From a virus, in IMG/VR virus record IMGVR_UViG_3300012000_000005, positions 31,462 through 95,461 of that record: a stretch of DNA of 64,000 bases. One strand, written 5' to 3'. Position 1 is the stretch's first letter. Every line of letters starts with the position of its first letter. Under the pieces are notes generated by a model that saw nothing but the letters and a program-made list of their open reading frames with translations, had not been told where the DNA came from and did no database searches. Shown here piece by piece: positions 38,049 through 47,300 of the stretch. A program made the position numbers and the translations under genes.

Positions 38049-40022
38049 TTGAATATCATTACTACAAAAGAACAGCTAAAAGAACTTGTTGATTATTACC
38101 TTGCACAAGAAGCATTTGCATTTGACGTAGAAACAGTCGGCGATAGAAGAGGAGTACCTGTTGTTAATCAAGTACTATGGCTTAGCCTTGCGACTTATGG
38201 TCGTGGGGATGTTATTCCGATGGGCCATCCTCATGGTGAATTTGTATCAGAAAGCTTCCCACTTACAGGACAGGGGGAGAAGCGTGTATTGGCTGGTTTA
38301 CAAGCCCGCGAAAGCGATTACTCTAGGGACAAGCGCAAAGCTACTAGGACTTTCGAATCTGCTCCTGAACAACTATCGCCAGCAGAAGTCTTTGCTGAAT
38401 TAAAACCTTTATTCTTTAGTGACAAGTTAAAGATTGGTCACAACCTAGTCTTCGACCTTTGCTCTGTAGCAAAGTACTTTGATAAAACAATTCCAGTAGG
38501 CCCATACTTTGACACGATGGTGGGCTCGTTTATTTATGACAACCGCAATAAGAACAAGTGCGGTCTTGATGATTGCTTAGAGCGCGAGCTTGGATACAAG
38601 ATGGAGAAGGGTGTGGGTGCTCAAGTAGAGGTCCACGCTTTTAGTGTTGTTGCTAAGTATGCGTACTTAGATGCTAAATATACGTTTATGCTTTGGAAAG
38701 TAGTACGCGATAAGATTAAAGAGTCTGGCGTAGAAAACATCATGAAGTTAGAGATGGATGTGCTTGAGGTTTTATGCCACATGAAACTTCACGGTGCTCC
38801 TATAGATACAGATGCGCTTTCTGAGTTGCATACCAAACTAGAAGCAGACATTGAGGCTGCTAGAGCACAGATTTATAAGCAAGCGGGCAGAGTATTTAAC
38901 ATTAACTCTAACCAAGAGAAACAGTATCTTTTGTACAGCAAGAAGTCTGAGGGAGGACGAGGTCTTAAGCCAAAGATTCTTACTAACAAGGGTGCTGAAA
39001 AAGAGATGCAAGGCAAAGACCTTGACTACATGGACTACTCAGTATCAGCCGAGGCTTTAGAACCATACAGAGATAAAGACCCAATGGTCCACGCCCTACT
39101 GGAGTACGCTGACCTTAATAAGTTGCTTAGCACTTATGTTATTCCGTACCTTGGTGGAGACGTTGTTCGTACAGTGGGTGGTAAATCTAAAGTAGAGTAT
39201 AAAGAAAGCTTGTTAGTAAGCGGTCGTATACATGCTGACTTTGTACAGCATGGCGCTGAGACTGGCCGTTTTTCTAGCCGTAATCCAAACCTGCAGAACA
39301 TACCTAACCCATCTGCTAGTGAAAACGGTAAAGCTATTCGTAATCTTTTTTACGCACCTGAGGGCTACAAGTTAGTGGTTGCTGACTACTCACAAATTGA
39401 GCCTCGTATTATTGCGTCTATGTCTAAAGATAAAACCATGATGAAAAATTATCTTGAAGGGCAAGACATCTACACCACTGTAGGAGATGTCATGGGTGTC
39501 AACCGTCAGGCTGGTAAGGTCTTAGTTCTATCTATGGCTTATGGTGTAGGACCAGACAAGATTGCTCGCTCCATAGGTTGTTCAGTTACAGAGGCTAGAA
39601 ACCTTCTTGGTGACTTTGCCTCTAAGTTTGGGGCGGTTAACTCTTATAGATTAAAAGTAGTTGGCGCAACTAAACAGAAAAAGTACGTTACTACCATAAT
39701 GGGTAGAAAACGGTACATTCCAGACATTGTATCCAAGGACTTTATTAAACGTGGCAGTGCTGAGCGCCAAGCATTCAACACACGTATCCAAGGTTCTGCT
39801 GCTGACATCATGAAGCTTGCTATGATTAGGGCACATAGACTTATCCCAAAGGAATCAAGCATCCTACTTACCGTACATGATGAGTTGGTTACTTTAACCC
39901 CAGCCAGTCTTGCTGAAGAGACAGCCGCGGCTATCAGAGAGGCTATGGAAGGTATTCAACTTCTTGATGTTCCGTTATTAGCGGACATCACGACCGTGCA
40001 GAGGTGGGGTGAGGCAAAGTAA
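38049..40022 (+). CDS. polA: Family A DNA polymerase (3'-5' exonuclease + polymerase)
   Basis: FDVET, GHN..FD, TGRFSSRNPNLQNIP, ADYSQIEPR, K..YG, IQGSAAD, VHDE; TTG start. Confidence 0.95.
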   Translation: MNIITTKEQLKELVDYYLAQEAFAFDVETVGDRRGVPVVNQVLWLSLATYGRGDVIPMGHPHGEFVSESFPLTGQGEKRVLAGLQARESDYSRDKRKATRTFESAPEQLSPAEVFAELKPLFFSDKLKIGHNLVFDLCSVAKYFDKTIPVGPYFDTMVGSFIYDNRNKNKCGLDDCLERELGYKMEKGVGAQVEVHAFSVVAKYAYLDAKYTFMLWKVVRDKIKESGVENIMKLEMDVLEVLCHMKLHGAPIDTDALSELHTKLEADIEAARAQIYKQAGRVFNINSNQEKQYLLYSKKSEGGRGLKPKILTNKGAEKEMQGKDLDYMDYSVSAEALEPYRDKDPMVHALLEYADLNKLLSTYVIPYLGGDVVRTVGGKSKVEYKESLLVSGRIHADFVQHGAETGRFSSRNPNLQNIPNPSASENGKAIRNLFYAPEGYKLVVADYSQIEPRIIASMSKDKTMMKNYLEGQDIYTTVGDVMGVNRQAGKVLVLSMAYGVGPDKIARSIGCSVTEARNLLGDFASKFGAVNSYRLKVVGATKQKKYVTTIMGRKRYIPDIVSKDFIKRGSAERQAFNTRIQGSAADIMKLAMIRAHRLIPKESSILLTVHDELVTLTPASLAEETAAAIREAMEGIQLLDVPLLADITTVQRWGEAK

Positions 40023-40504
40023 TGTGGCCTTTTAAGAAAAAGAAACCCTTAAACATACAGTTTGAAACTGTAAATTCAGAAATACCTTTGGGCACACTAA
40101 TGCGTTGGTTTTTGTATGACACCGACCTAGCTGAAGAACCTAACACTATTGCTAAAATATTAGGTATGACTCCCGTCAGTGAAGAGGGAGACGAGCATGA
40201 GATGCAAGAAAGCGAAAAAAGATTAGAGCAGATTGCCTATTTACTTCCGTACATAGACATGATGTCTGAGATGACAGCGGATGTTATAACTGGCATACAG
40301 CTTGATGAACTACAGAAGCACGACCCAGGTAATGAAAAAGAACGTGAGCGCGAAAGAGAAATGATGCGCATGATGTATAAGATGATTGCGTTTTCTTCAC
40401 TTCTTGGGGGCTTGTCTTCTGGCGTACAACTTGGTTTAATTAACCCAGGGGAAGTATTTAGTACAAGCTTAGACTTTAGAAAGTTGGAGGACTTAGGTGA
40501 GTAA
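40022..40504 (+). CDS. Hypothetical protein
   Basis: Coupled ORF. Confidence 0.6.
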   Translation: MWPFKKKKPLNIQFETVNSEIPLGTLMRWFLYDTDLAEEPNTIAKILGMTPVSEEGDEHEMQESEKRLEQIAYLLPYIDMMSEMTADVITGIQLDELQKHDPGNEKEREREREMMRMMYKMIAFSSLLGGLSSGVQLGLINPGEVFSTSLDFRKLEDLGE

Positions 40505-40829
40505 CAATTGGTGGGCAAGCAAACTTGGTGGTCAGCCTTCAAACACATTTCAAACGCCACCACCTGCTCCACGACCAGTACAACAACCAACCCCGCCAGT
40601 AGAAAACATCCGAGTATCAGAACGTTGCCCAGGCTGCGGAAGTCAAAACTATGGTGGAGCAACTCCAGAGTCTAGAAAGCGTTGTTACGATTGTGGCTAC
40701 CCTATAGTACAATCGGGTACTGGAATGAGAGGAGTAAACACGGGTCAGTCGGCTGCGGGGCCAGCGCAACCAGCTAAACAAGTATCAACTGGCGGATACA
40801 ATCCAACCACAATCATAGGGAAGATTTAA
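40497..40829 (+). CDS. Zinc-ribbon protein with Pro-rich linker
   Basis: CPGCGS...CYDCGY. Confidence 0.65.
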   Translation: MSNNWWASKLGGQPSNTFQTPPPAPRPVQQPTPPVENIRVSERCPGCGSQNYGGATPESRKRCYDCGYPIVQSGTGMRGVNTGQSAAGPAQPAKQVSTGGYNPTTIIGKI

Positions 40830-41881
40830 TGAATGCAGAATTAGTAAAAGTATTACGAAACATAAATAAAAAATACGGCGAAGACACAATCATTTTAGGT
40901 TCTGAGATTAAGACCGATGTATCTCAGCGTATAACAAGTGGTTCAATAAGTTTAGATGTAGCCCTTGGTGGTGGGTGGCCAGTAAATCAATGGCACGAAA
41001 TTATTGGCGAGGCAAGTAATGGCAAGACTGCTATCGCACTTAAAACAATTGCTGCTAATCAAAAGAAAAATCCAGAGTTCACTACCGTTTGGGTAGCCGC
41101 TGAGCAATGGGTACCTAGTTACGCAGAGATGTGTGGCGTAGACGCAAGTCGTGTATATGTAGTTTCAACAAACGTAATGGAGGAAGCCTATGAATCGGTC
41201 ATCCAAATTACTGGCAGTAAAGCGGTCGATTGTATTGTTATTGATTCGTTACCTGCCTTGGTCCCTACAACAGAGGACGATAAAGAGATGGAGATGGCTA
41301 CTGTAGGTCGTGGCGCCCTTCTAACTAATAAGTTTTTTCGTAAGGTTGGTAAAGCATCTAAGCGTTCATTGGTAGAACCAGAACGCCCTTTCATAGGTAT
41401 TGTTATTAACCAATGGCGCTCAAAGATTGGCGTCATGTACGGCGATGACCGTACTACCCCAGGCGGTTTAGGTAAGGACTATGCGTTCTTTACCCGCCTA
41501 GAAATACGTCGTGCTGGCTGGATTGAGGTTGGTTCAGGCCAAGAAAAGAGACGTGTGGGTCAAGAGGTTAAGGTACGAGTAATCAAAAACAAGTCTGCCC
41601 CACCATCCCAGGTGGCATCTTTTGACTTTTACTTTGCCAAAGGCAATGGACTTTTGGCTGGCGACCTAGACTTTGCCAAAGAGATATTGGCTATTGGAAT
41701 TGTCAACAAAGTGATAACCAGAGCTGGTGCCTATTACCGCTACGGCGATAGACAGTGGCAAGGTTCCGATGCTATGCTTGACTCTATACGGGAAGAAATT
41801 GATTTAAAGGAGACACTCGAGCGTGACGTTCTTGACTCAATCAAACAAGGCTCTAAGTTAGTAGCCGAGGATGAAGAGTAA
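40829..41881 (+). CDS. recA: RecA/UvsX recombinase
   Basis: TSGSISLDVALGGG.P, EIIGEASNGKT, IVIDS, INQ.R.KIGVMYG..TTPGG, KNK.APP. Confidence 0.93.
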   Translation: MNAELVKVLRNINKKYGEDTIILGSEIKTDVSQRITSGSISLDVALGGGWPVNQWHEIIGEASNGKTAIALKTIAANQKKNPEFTTVWVAAEQWVPSYAEMCGVDASRVYVVSTNVMEEAYESVIQITGSKAVDCIVIDSLPALVPTTEDDKEMEMATVGRGALLTNKFFRKVGKASKRSLVEPERPFIGIVINQWRSKIGVMYGDDRTTPGGLGKDYAFFTRLEIRRAGWIEVGSGQEKRRVGQEVKVRVIKNKSAPPSQVASFDFYFAKGNGLLAGDLDFAKEILAIGIVNKVITRAGAYYRYGDRQWQGSDAMLDSIREEIDLKETLERDVLDSIKQGSKLVAEDEE

Positions 41882-42212
41882 GGGACAAAGGGAGTCGAAG
41901 AAACACGAGGACCGATTAGCAAAAGCAATCGGCGGTCAGCGTAATGCTGGCAGCGGTGCGTTTTGGAGTCGGAAGGGTGATGTTCGGTCTAAAGACTTGT
42001 TAATAGAACACAAGTGGACTGGCAAAGCCACCGTGACTATCAAGGCCACGGTTCTAGAGAAGATTGTTAAGGAAGCAATCCTTGACAGTCGTACTCCAGT
42101 ACTCGGTTTCAGTCTCAACAATGAAAACTATGTGATGTTATTGGAGGACGATTTTCTAGAACTACGCCAGAAAACTTTGGAGTGTAGTTGTTCGAAGATA
42201 TCGGCCACTTAG
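41871..42212 (+). CDS. PD-(D/E)XK nuclease (Hjc-like)
   Basis: E.RLAK..GG.R..GSGA....KGDV....LLIEHK. Confidence 0.7.
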   Translation: MKSKGQRESKKHEDRLAKAIGGQRNAGSGAFWSRKGDVRSKDLLIEHKWTGKATVTIKATVLEKIVKEAILDSRTPVLGFSLNNENYVMLLEDDFLELRQKTLECSCSKISAT

Positions 42213-42505
42213 AAGGTTGGCGACATCAAGCCAAGTGTCGGGGGATGGACACAGAGCTTTGGTTTCCTCCCAGAGATAAAGCCAAATATAAAAAGATTGC
42301 ATCCGTATCTAAAGCTGTCTGCTTTGGACGTGATGGCTTACCTGAATGCCCAGTGCGTAAGGAATGTTTGCTGTACGCAGAAGCACAAGAAGAGCAACAC
42401 GGTATATGGGGTGGCATGTCGCATCGTGAGCGTAATGCGCTTAAGCGTAAAGCTAAGAAGCACGGCAAAACCCTAGAGGAGTGGATACTTGACGGCGACC
42501 TGTGA
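42188..42505 (+). CDS. whiB: WhiB-family Fe-S transcription factor
   Basis: WRHQAKC..DTELWFP, VC, CPVRKECL, GIWGG..ER. Confidence 0.9.
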   Translation: MFEDIGHLEGWRHQAKCRGMDTELWFPPRDKAKYKKIASVSKAVCFGRDGLPECPVRKECLLYAEAQEEQHGIWGGMSHRERNALKRKAKKHGKTLEEWILDGDL

Positions 42506-42517
42506 TACGGTGTCGGT

Positions 42518-43369
42518 ATGACAGAAAAGTACAAGCCAGGTGGGGCACTAAAATCATTTTTAGATGCAGGCAAAAAACCTTCACGAGTTCTAGGGTCGGT
42601 AGAACGTTATGTTCTATCTAAACCAACGGATAAATCTAGACGCACAGACGTCTTACACCCCTCAGAGATGGCGGGCGATGAGTGGTGCTATCGAGCATCT
42701 TACTTTCAATTAAAAGGCCATTTACCATTAGAAAGCTCACGTCGTAATAGTTTACGGCTGCAATCAGTTTTTGCAGAGGGTCACGGCATTCACGCTAAGT
42801 GGCAACGATGGTTTCAAGAAATGGGTCACTTGTACGGAAAGTGGTACTGCAAAGATTGCGACGAGTATTTTTGGGGCGGGTCTGATTGCCACGAAGGTCC
42901 ACTAGAGTATAAAGAAGTCCCGTTGTTTTACGAACCACTACGCATCTTTGGGCATGCAGATGGTTGGCTTACTAATTTTGGTGACCCTCTAATGCTAGAA
43001 GTAAAGTCAATAGGTTTTGGAACTATACGCTGGGAGAACCCAGAGATGGCAAAAGAGTTTGGAACCATGGAGAAGGTGTGGCCAGAAATCAAAGCTCCAT
43101 TTGCTAAGCACGTAACTCAAGTACAAATCTATATGAAACTTGCAGAGCTATTGGGGTATGACAATTACCCACGGGAAGCTGTTCTTATTTATGAGAACAA
43201 AGCTACGCAAGATGTAAAAGAGTTTGTTGTACCAAAGAGTGATTTTGCTATTGCGCCTTTATTCGAGGCTGCCGCTATGATTGTCGAGTCGATTAACAAC
43301 AACACTCCACCCGCTTGTAATTTAGATAAGTGGGGCGGATGTTCAAAGTGCGGAGGCTACAATGAGTGA
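42518..43369 (+). CDS. Cas4-like/PD-(D/E)XK exonuclease (leaderless)
   Basis: HPSE..WC.R, G..IH, GHADG, LEVKS, Q.QIYM, C-terminal Cys cluster. Confidence 0.8.
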   Translation: MTEKYKPGGALKSFLDAGKKPSRVLGSVERYVLSKPTDKSRRTDVLHPSEMAGDEWCYRASYFQLKGHLPLESSRRNSLRLQSVFAEGHGIHAKWQRWFQEMGHLYGKWYCKDCDEYFWGGSDCHEGPLEYKEVPLFYEPLRIFGHADGWLTNFGDPLMLEVKSIGFGTIRWENPEMAKEFGTMEKVWPEIKAPFAKHVTQVQIYMKLAELLGYDNYPREAVLIYENKATQDVKEFVVPKSDFAIAPLFEAAAMIVESINNNTPPACNLDKWGGCSKCGGYNE

Positions 43370-43856
43370 GTTAGTTGCTACAGGTATAAGTGAGATTGTT
43401 CTACAGCAGTTAGAAGCGCAGGGACTTCCACTAAAAAGGAAGATGGATATTGCCCCACCCCCATTCCCTGAGGATATAACGTTAGTTGATGACCAAGACC
43501 TAATGATTATGGCTGCAAAGTACATGGAAAATCTAAACTTTCTTAGAACTCAAGTTGCCTGTGCATCATTGGCAGAGTTAGAAGCTACTAATAATTATGA
43601 GATAGAAGTGGCTCGTGGACTATTAACTAAGACCAACGGAAAGACTACGGAAAAGGCCGTCATGTTAAAGGCATCTGTGTCCACCGATGACACAGTGATG
43701 GTTCTAGAGAAAGCAAAGAACTATGCCCACGCTTATCGTAAATTATTAGAGACAGCACTAGAAAACCTAGAGCGGTACTACTCCCTAACTAGTAGAGAGC
43801 TTACCCGACGTACCTCTAACGGTAGGTCAGGATTTGGAAATAGATTTGTACCATGA
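43362..43856 (+). CDS. Helical hypothetical protein (possible recombination mediator)
   Basis: Coiled-coil ending in SRELTRR, within the recombination cluster. Confidence 0.5.
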   Translation: MSELVATGISEIVLQQLEAQGLPLKRKMDIAPPPFPEDITLVDDQDLMIMAAKYMENLNFLRTQVACASLAELEATNNYEIEVARGLLTKTNGKTTEKAVMLKASVSTDDTVMVLEKAKNYAHAYRKLLETALENLERYYSLTSRELTRRTSNGRSGFGNRFVP

Positions 43857-44410
43857 CCTTAAAAAAATTTGATGGAGGTCTGTCGGTCACAGGCAGTAGC
43901 CGTTTGTATCTGGGTATTGACCAGTCATACAGCGGTTTTGCGTGCACGCTGCTTTCAACAAATGGCACATACTTAACAACAGTATTTAAGTCTGAGATTA
44001 AAGGCATAGATAGGCTTGTTGAGATTAGGAAGTTTTTAAAAGAAACGATTGATGGTGCAAAGTACCCTATAGAAGACATAGCCATGGAAGATTACGCTTT
44101 TGCTGGTCAAGGCAGGGTGTTCCATCTAGGTGAACTTGGGGGTATGGTTAAACTTGTATGTAGAGACGCGGGGTACTACCCGCTTCTTGTCCCGCCCACA
44201 AGCCTGAAGAAGTATGTAACAGGCAAGGGGACGGGTATACAAAAGGCTCAAATGCTACTTTACATTTATAAAAAATGGGGGGTAGAATTTACCGACGATA
44301 ACGCCGCAGACTCGTATGCATTAGCAAGACTTGTGGCTGGGCTTCATGGACCAGCATACGAGAAAGAAGTGTATGAAAAGCTGCAAGGCGCAGACCATAG
44401 GGAACGATAA
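43853..44410 (+). CDS. ruvC: RuvC-like Holliday junction resolvase
   Basis: LGIDQS, IAMEDY, LGELGG, PTSLKKYVTGKG, DNAADS. Confidence 0.85.
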   Translation: MTLKKFDGGLSVTGSSRLYLGIDQSYSGFACTLLSTNGTYLTTVFKSEIKGIDRLVEIRKFLKETIDGAKYPIEDIAMEDYAFAGQGRVFHLGELGGMVKLVCRDAGYYPLLVPPTSLKKYVTGKGTGIQKAQMLLYIYKKWGVEFTDDNAADSYALARLVAGLHGPAYEKEVYEKLQGADHRER

Positions 44411-44971
44411 ATGACAACAATCGTAGGAGTGCAGCATAAAAACAAGTGCGTACTAGGTGCAGATAATCAAGTAACCGATGACGACGGCCGCATTTTTAGA
44501 CACAAGAACATGGTTAAGATTTCACAATTAGCTAATGGAGTGTTGCTAGCGGGTGCAGGTGAGGTTGGGGCTTGCGATATTGCCCAACACCTGTGGAAAC
44601 CACCACGTATGACAGCTAAAGATAAGGCTGACACCTATCACTTTGTTATTTCAAAGTTGATTCCTTCTTTGCGTGAGTGCCTAAAAAATAATGGTTATAA
44701 CTTTGATGAAGAGAGGCCAAAGAACGACAAGGGCCAAAGATTTCATTTCTTGATAGCTGTTAATGGTGAGATATTTGATGTTAGCGAAGACCTATCTGTG
44801 TGCCAAGCTGAAACAGGGTTCTATGGAGTAGGTAATGGCTCTGGTTACGCTCTGGGAGCCTTGCATGCTGGCGCAAACATACAGGAGGCGTTAAAGATAG
44901 CTGAAGATTTAGATGTGTATACCTCAGGACCTTTTCTTATATTAGAACAGAAAAAAGCTAATGAAAGATAA
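44411..44971 (+). CDS. HslV/proteasome-beta-like Ntn peptidase
   Basis: N-terminal (M)TTIVGV with Thr nucleophile, ADNQ, K, GVGNGS.YALGAL, D.YTSGP. Confidence 0.8.
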   Translation: MTTIVGVQHKNKCVLGADNQVTDDDGRIFRHKNMVKISQLANGVLLAGAGEVGACDIAQHLWKPPRMTAKDKADTYHFVISKLIPSLRECLKNNGYNFDEERPKNDKGQRFHFLIAVNGEIFDVSEDLSVCQAETGFYGVGNGSGYALGALHAGANIQEALKIAEDLDVYTSGPFLILEQKKANER

Positions 44972-45179
44972 GCAGCTCAGGGCCCACGGTTACATGACCG
45001 TCGATGAGTTCATTAGTAAATTAACCCCTGGTCTAAGAGACTATCTATTACATAACTGGACTAAAGATGAAACTAGCCTCAACCACCCTGAAGACCTTGC
45101 TTCAAACGCCCTTGTTTATATGGAGGTGGCTTTCTCAGTGATAGGACAGTTTGGTGCAGCGCCACACGAAGAGCATTAG
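44961..45179 (+). CDS. Hypothetical protein
   Basis: Overlapping ORF in the operon. Confidence 0.5.
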   Translation: MKDKQLRAHGYMTVDEFISKLTPGLRDYLLHNWTKDETSLNHPEDLASNALVYMEVAFSVIGQFGAAPHEEH

Positions 45180-45384
45180 AGAACTAAAGCCCGATTATTC
45201 AGGGTCTATGGATTATGCAGACCAGGTTCTGCATGAATGCCCTATTTGCGAGTCAACTATATGGAATATAAAAGCTCAATTTGAGGATTATGAAATGGCT
45301 ACGTACTTCCTGGACATGGAGTGCAGCAGCTGCGGTACCTATGGCAGGGCCCCTACCCCTTTAGACAGACCAAATCTAATTTAG
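45151..45384 (+). CDS. Zinc-ribbon protein
   Basis: CPICES...CSSCGT...PTPLD. Confidence 0.6.
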   Translation: MVQRHTKSIRELKPDYSGSMDYADQVLHECPICESTIWNIKAQFEDYEMATYFLDMECSSCGTYGRAPTPLDRPNLI

Positions 45385-45435
45385 ACTTCATAATTGTACT
45401 TACGGGAGTCCCACTATACGTAAACCGAGGTACAC

Positions 45436-45714
45436 ATGTCCGAACAACCCCAAGAACAAATCCTACGCGTAAGCGCTGGGTCCAATCCACAGGCTGTGGC
45501 ATCCGCAATTGCTCATAGTATTTATGAGACACGTAATTGTAAGATTCGTGCGGTAGGTGCAGGTGCAGTTAATCAGGCTGTAAAAGCTATCGCTATTGCT
45601 CGTGGATATACAGCTCCCCGCGGTCTTGACCTCATCTGCGTCCCAGGGTTCTCAAGCATTGAGAGCCATGACGGCCAGATTTCCGCAATTGTCTTTGAAG
45701 TAAAGGCAAGTTAA
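45436..45714 (+). CDS. spoVS: SpoVS-family (Alba-like) protein
   Basis: LRVSAGSNP.AVA.AIA, AVGAGAVNQAVKAIAIARGY, P.F: full-length family signature. Confidence 0.9.
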   Translation: MSEQPQEQILRVSAGSNPQAVASAIAHSIYETRNCKIRAVGAGAVNQAVKAIAIARGYTAPRGLDLICVPGFSSIESHDGQISAIVFEVKAS

Positions 45715-45774
45715 CCCTGTATTTATCCAATAATAAGGCTACCCTTATTTAAACCCTTGGCCAAAGGAAACTAA

Positions 45775-46119
45775 ATGAAAAAAGATTCAACTAAGAACAA
45801 GGCACCATTGGCTCCGACATCAGCGGAACCAAAGAATGCCGCAGGCGCAAAGCCACGCGTTGCTATGCCTTCAAAGGGCACACTTGTTAAAAAAGGTGGA
45901 GCTCAAGCTGGAGACCCATACAAGCAACCAAAACCTGCACGCTCTAACATCATGGGCAAGCTTGCTCGTGGCGGTGCACGTTATGGTATCCGCGTTAAAT
46001 TCCAAAAGACCGTAGCACCAGAAGCAGGAGCAACACAGGCAAATGGCCGTATGTTTGCACCTGCAGTTCGTCGTCAACGTCCTAATTTTCAGGACGGCGG
46101 CGGGTCACACGGTAACTAA
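45775..46119 (+). CDS. Basic low-complexity hypothetical protein
   Basis: RBS AAGGA; followed by a terminator. Confidence 0.6.
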   Translation: MKKDSTKNKAPLAPTSAEPKNAAGAKPRVAMPSKGTLVKKGGAQAGDPYKQPKPARSNIMGKLARGGARYGIRVKFQKTVAPEAGATQANGRMFAPAVRRQRPNFQDGGGSHGN

Positions 46120-46132
46120 AACTTAATAGCTC

Positions 46133-46156
46133 AGGCCCCCGCAAGGGGGCCTTTTG
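46133..46156 (+). terminator. Rho-independent terminator
   Basis: AGGCCCCC-GCAA-GGGGGCCT-TTT. Confidence 0.8.
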
Positions 46157-46254
46157 CATTTACAGGAATATATTTAAATTTAGAATGTTGTATACTATTG
46201 ATGACTGCTCAATTCCGAGGGTCACTAAACATTTATCGTCTAAGGAGATAAATT

Positions 46255-46791
46255 ATGGCTTCAGGCTACCCAATTCAATGGTCAGGAAACAACGACTGGT
46301 CTCACCCTAAAGAAATGAAACTAGGCGCTCAACAGGTTGCAAACGCTCACCGTATTGCTGCTGAACGTTCCGTAGACCCATTAGCACTACTAAATAACAT
46401 GCTTAAACCGTGGACTTTCGGTTTTGATAAGCATCTAGACATGTTTAACCAGTTATTTGACCTCAAAGTCAACTCAACCTATCCCCCATACAATATTAAG
46501 ACCCTACCCGATGACAAAGCCGAGATTGAACTGGCGGTTGCGGGGTTCAAGAAGTCTGAAATTAACATTGAGTATAAAGAAAATGTTATTACCGTATCGG
46601 GAGAAAAGGAAGAGGAGGACGGGGCAACCTACGCCTACAAAGGCATAGCTGGCCGCACCTTCTTGCAGCGTTTTGCCGTGTCAGACGACGTGGTAGTAAA
46701 CGGTGCTAAGCTAGAGGACGGGTTCTTGACCATCGCACTAGAGAGAATCGTTCCAGAGGCTAAGAAAGCTAAGACTATTTCAATAGAATAG
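46255..46791 (+). CDS. Small heat-shock protein Hsp20 (IbpA-like)
   Basis: YPPYNI, IELAVAGF, YKGIA.R.F...F, A.LEDG.L.I.LER.VPE. Confidence 0.92.
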   Translation: MASGYPIQWSGNNDWSHPKEMKLGAQQVANAHRIAAERSVDPLALLNNMLKPWTFGFDKHLDMFNQLFDLKVNSTYPPYNIKTLPDDKAEIELAVAGFKKSEINIEYKENVITVSGEKEEEDGATYAYKGIAGRTFLQRFAVSDDVVVNGAKLEDGFLTIALERIVPEAKKAKTISIE

Positions 46792-46830
46792 TTGTCCATG
46801 GTTGTACATAGATGTCCATGGTTGTCTAAC
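46791..46830. repeat. Four tandem imperfect 10-bp repeats
   Basis: GTTGTCCATG GTTGTACATA GATGTCCATG GTTGTCTAAC. Confidence 0.75.
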
Positions 46831-46897
46831 AATCTTATTATAATATTGCAAGGTTGACAGTAACCATGTTATAGTACGACTCCCCCTTCTTGTACAA

Positions 46898-46932
46898 AGC
46901 CCCCTGCAAATATTTTTGCAGGGGGCTACTTT
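46898..46932 (+). terminator. Terminator-like hairpin
   Basis: AGCCCCCTGCAAA-TAT-TTTTGCAGGGGGCT-ACTTT. Confidence 0.7.
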
Positions 46933-46997
46933 ACATACCGCTAGTGATTCTTTATGATACGCTTAAGATGCAGTGCAAGACGGGATGAAAGGAACTT

Positions 46998-47300
46998 GTG
47001 GTGCCGAAACTATCGGACAAAAAGAGTCTTGGTGATTTGTTAACCGAATTAGAGACTAATCCTAAGAGACGTAGAAGCGCAGGCGGATGCATATGCGCTA
47101 GATGGTTAGAAACTGTTGATGAAGAAACAGTTGAACGAATGTATAAAGCATTCGGTGGTCAGAAAATCCTTGTAGATATGTCTAATTACTTCTTTGCAAT
47201 TAAAGAAGTGTACCCAGAGATACCTCTACAAAGGACCACGTTTTACAATCACTTTAGAAAAAAGTGTTCATGCTATAAACAAGAGAAAGAACTGAACTGA
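46998..47300 (+). CDS. Hypothetical protein (C..C...H...CxC)
   Basis: RBS AAGGA; precedes the phosphoesterase. Confidence 0.55.
   Translation: MVPKLSDKKSLGDLLTELETNPKRRRSAGGCICARWLETVDEETVERMYKAFGGQKILVDMSNYFFAIKEVYPEIPLQRTTFYNHFRKKCSCYKQEKELN

Noticed and set aside
42518-43369. CRISPR-Cas system
   Set aside because: Stand-alone Cas4-like nuclease in a recombination cluster. No repeat-spacer array or other cas genes; the 10-bp repeats at 46791 have no spacers.
46160-46254. HAIR/CIRCE operator upstream of hsp20
   Set aside because: No CTTGAGT-N7-ACTCAAG or TTAGCACTC-N9-GAGTGCTAA match; only a weak hairpin.
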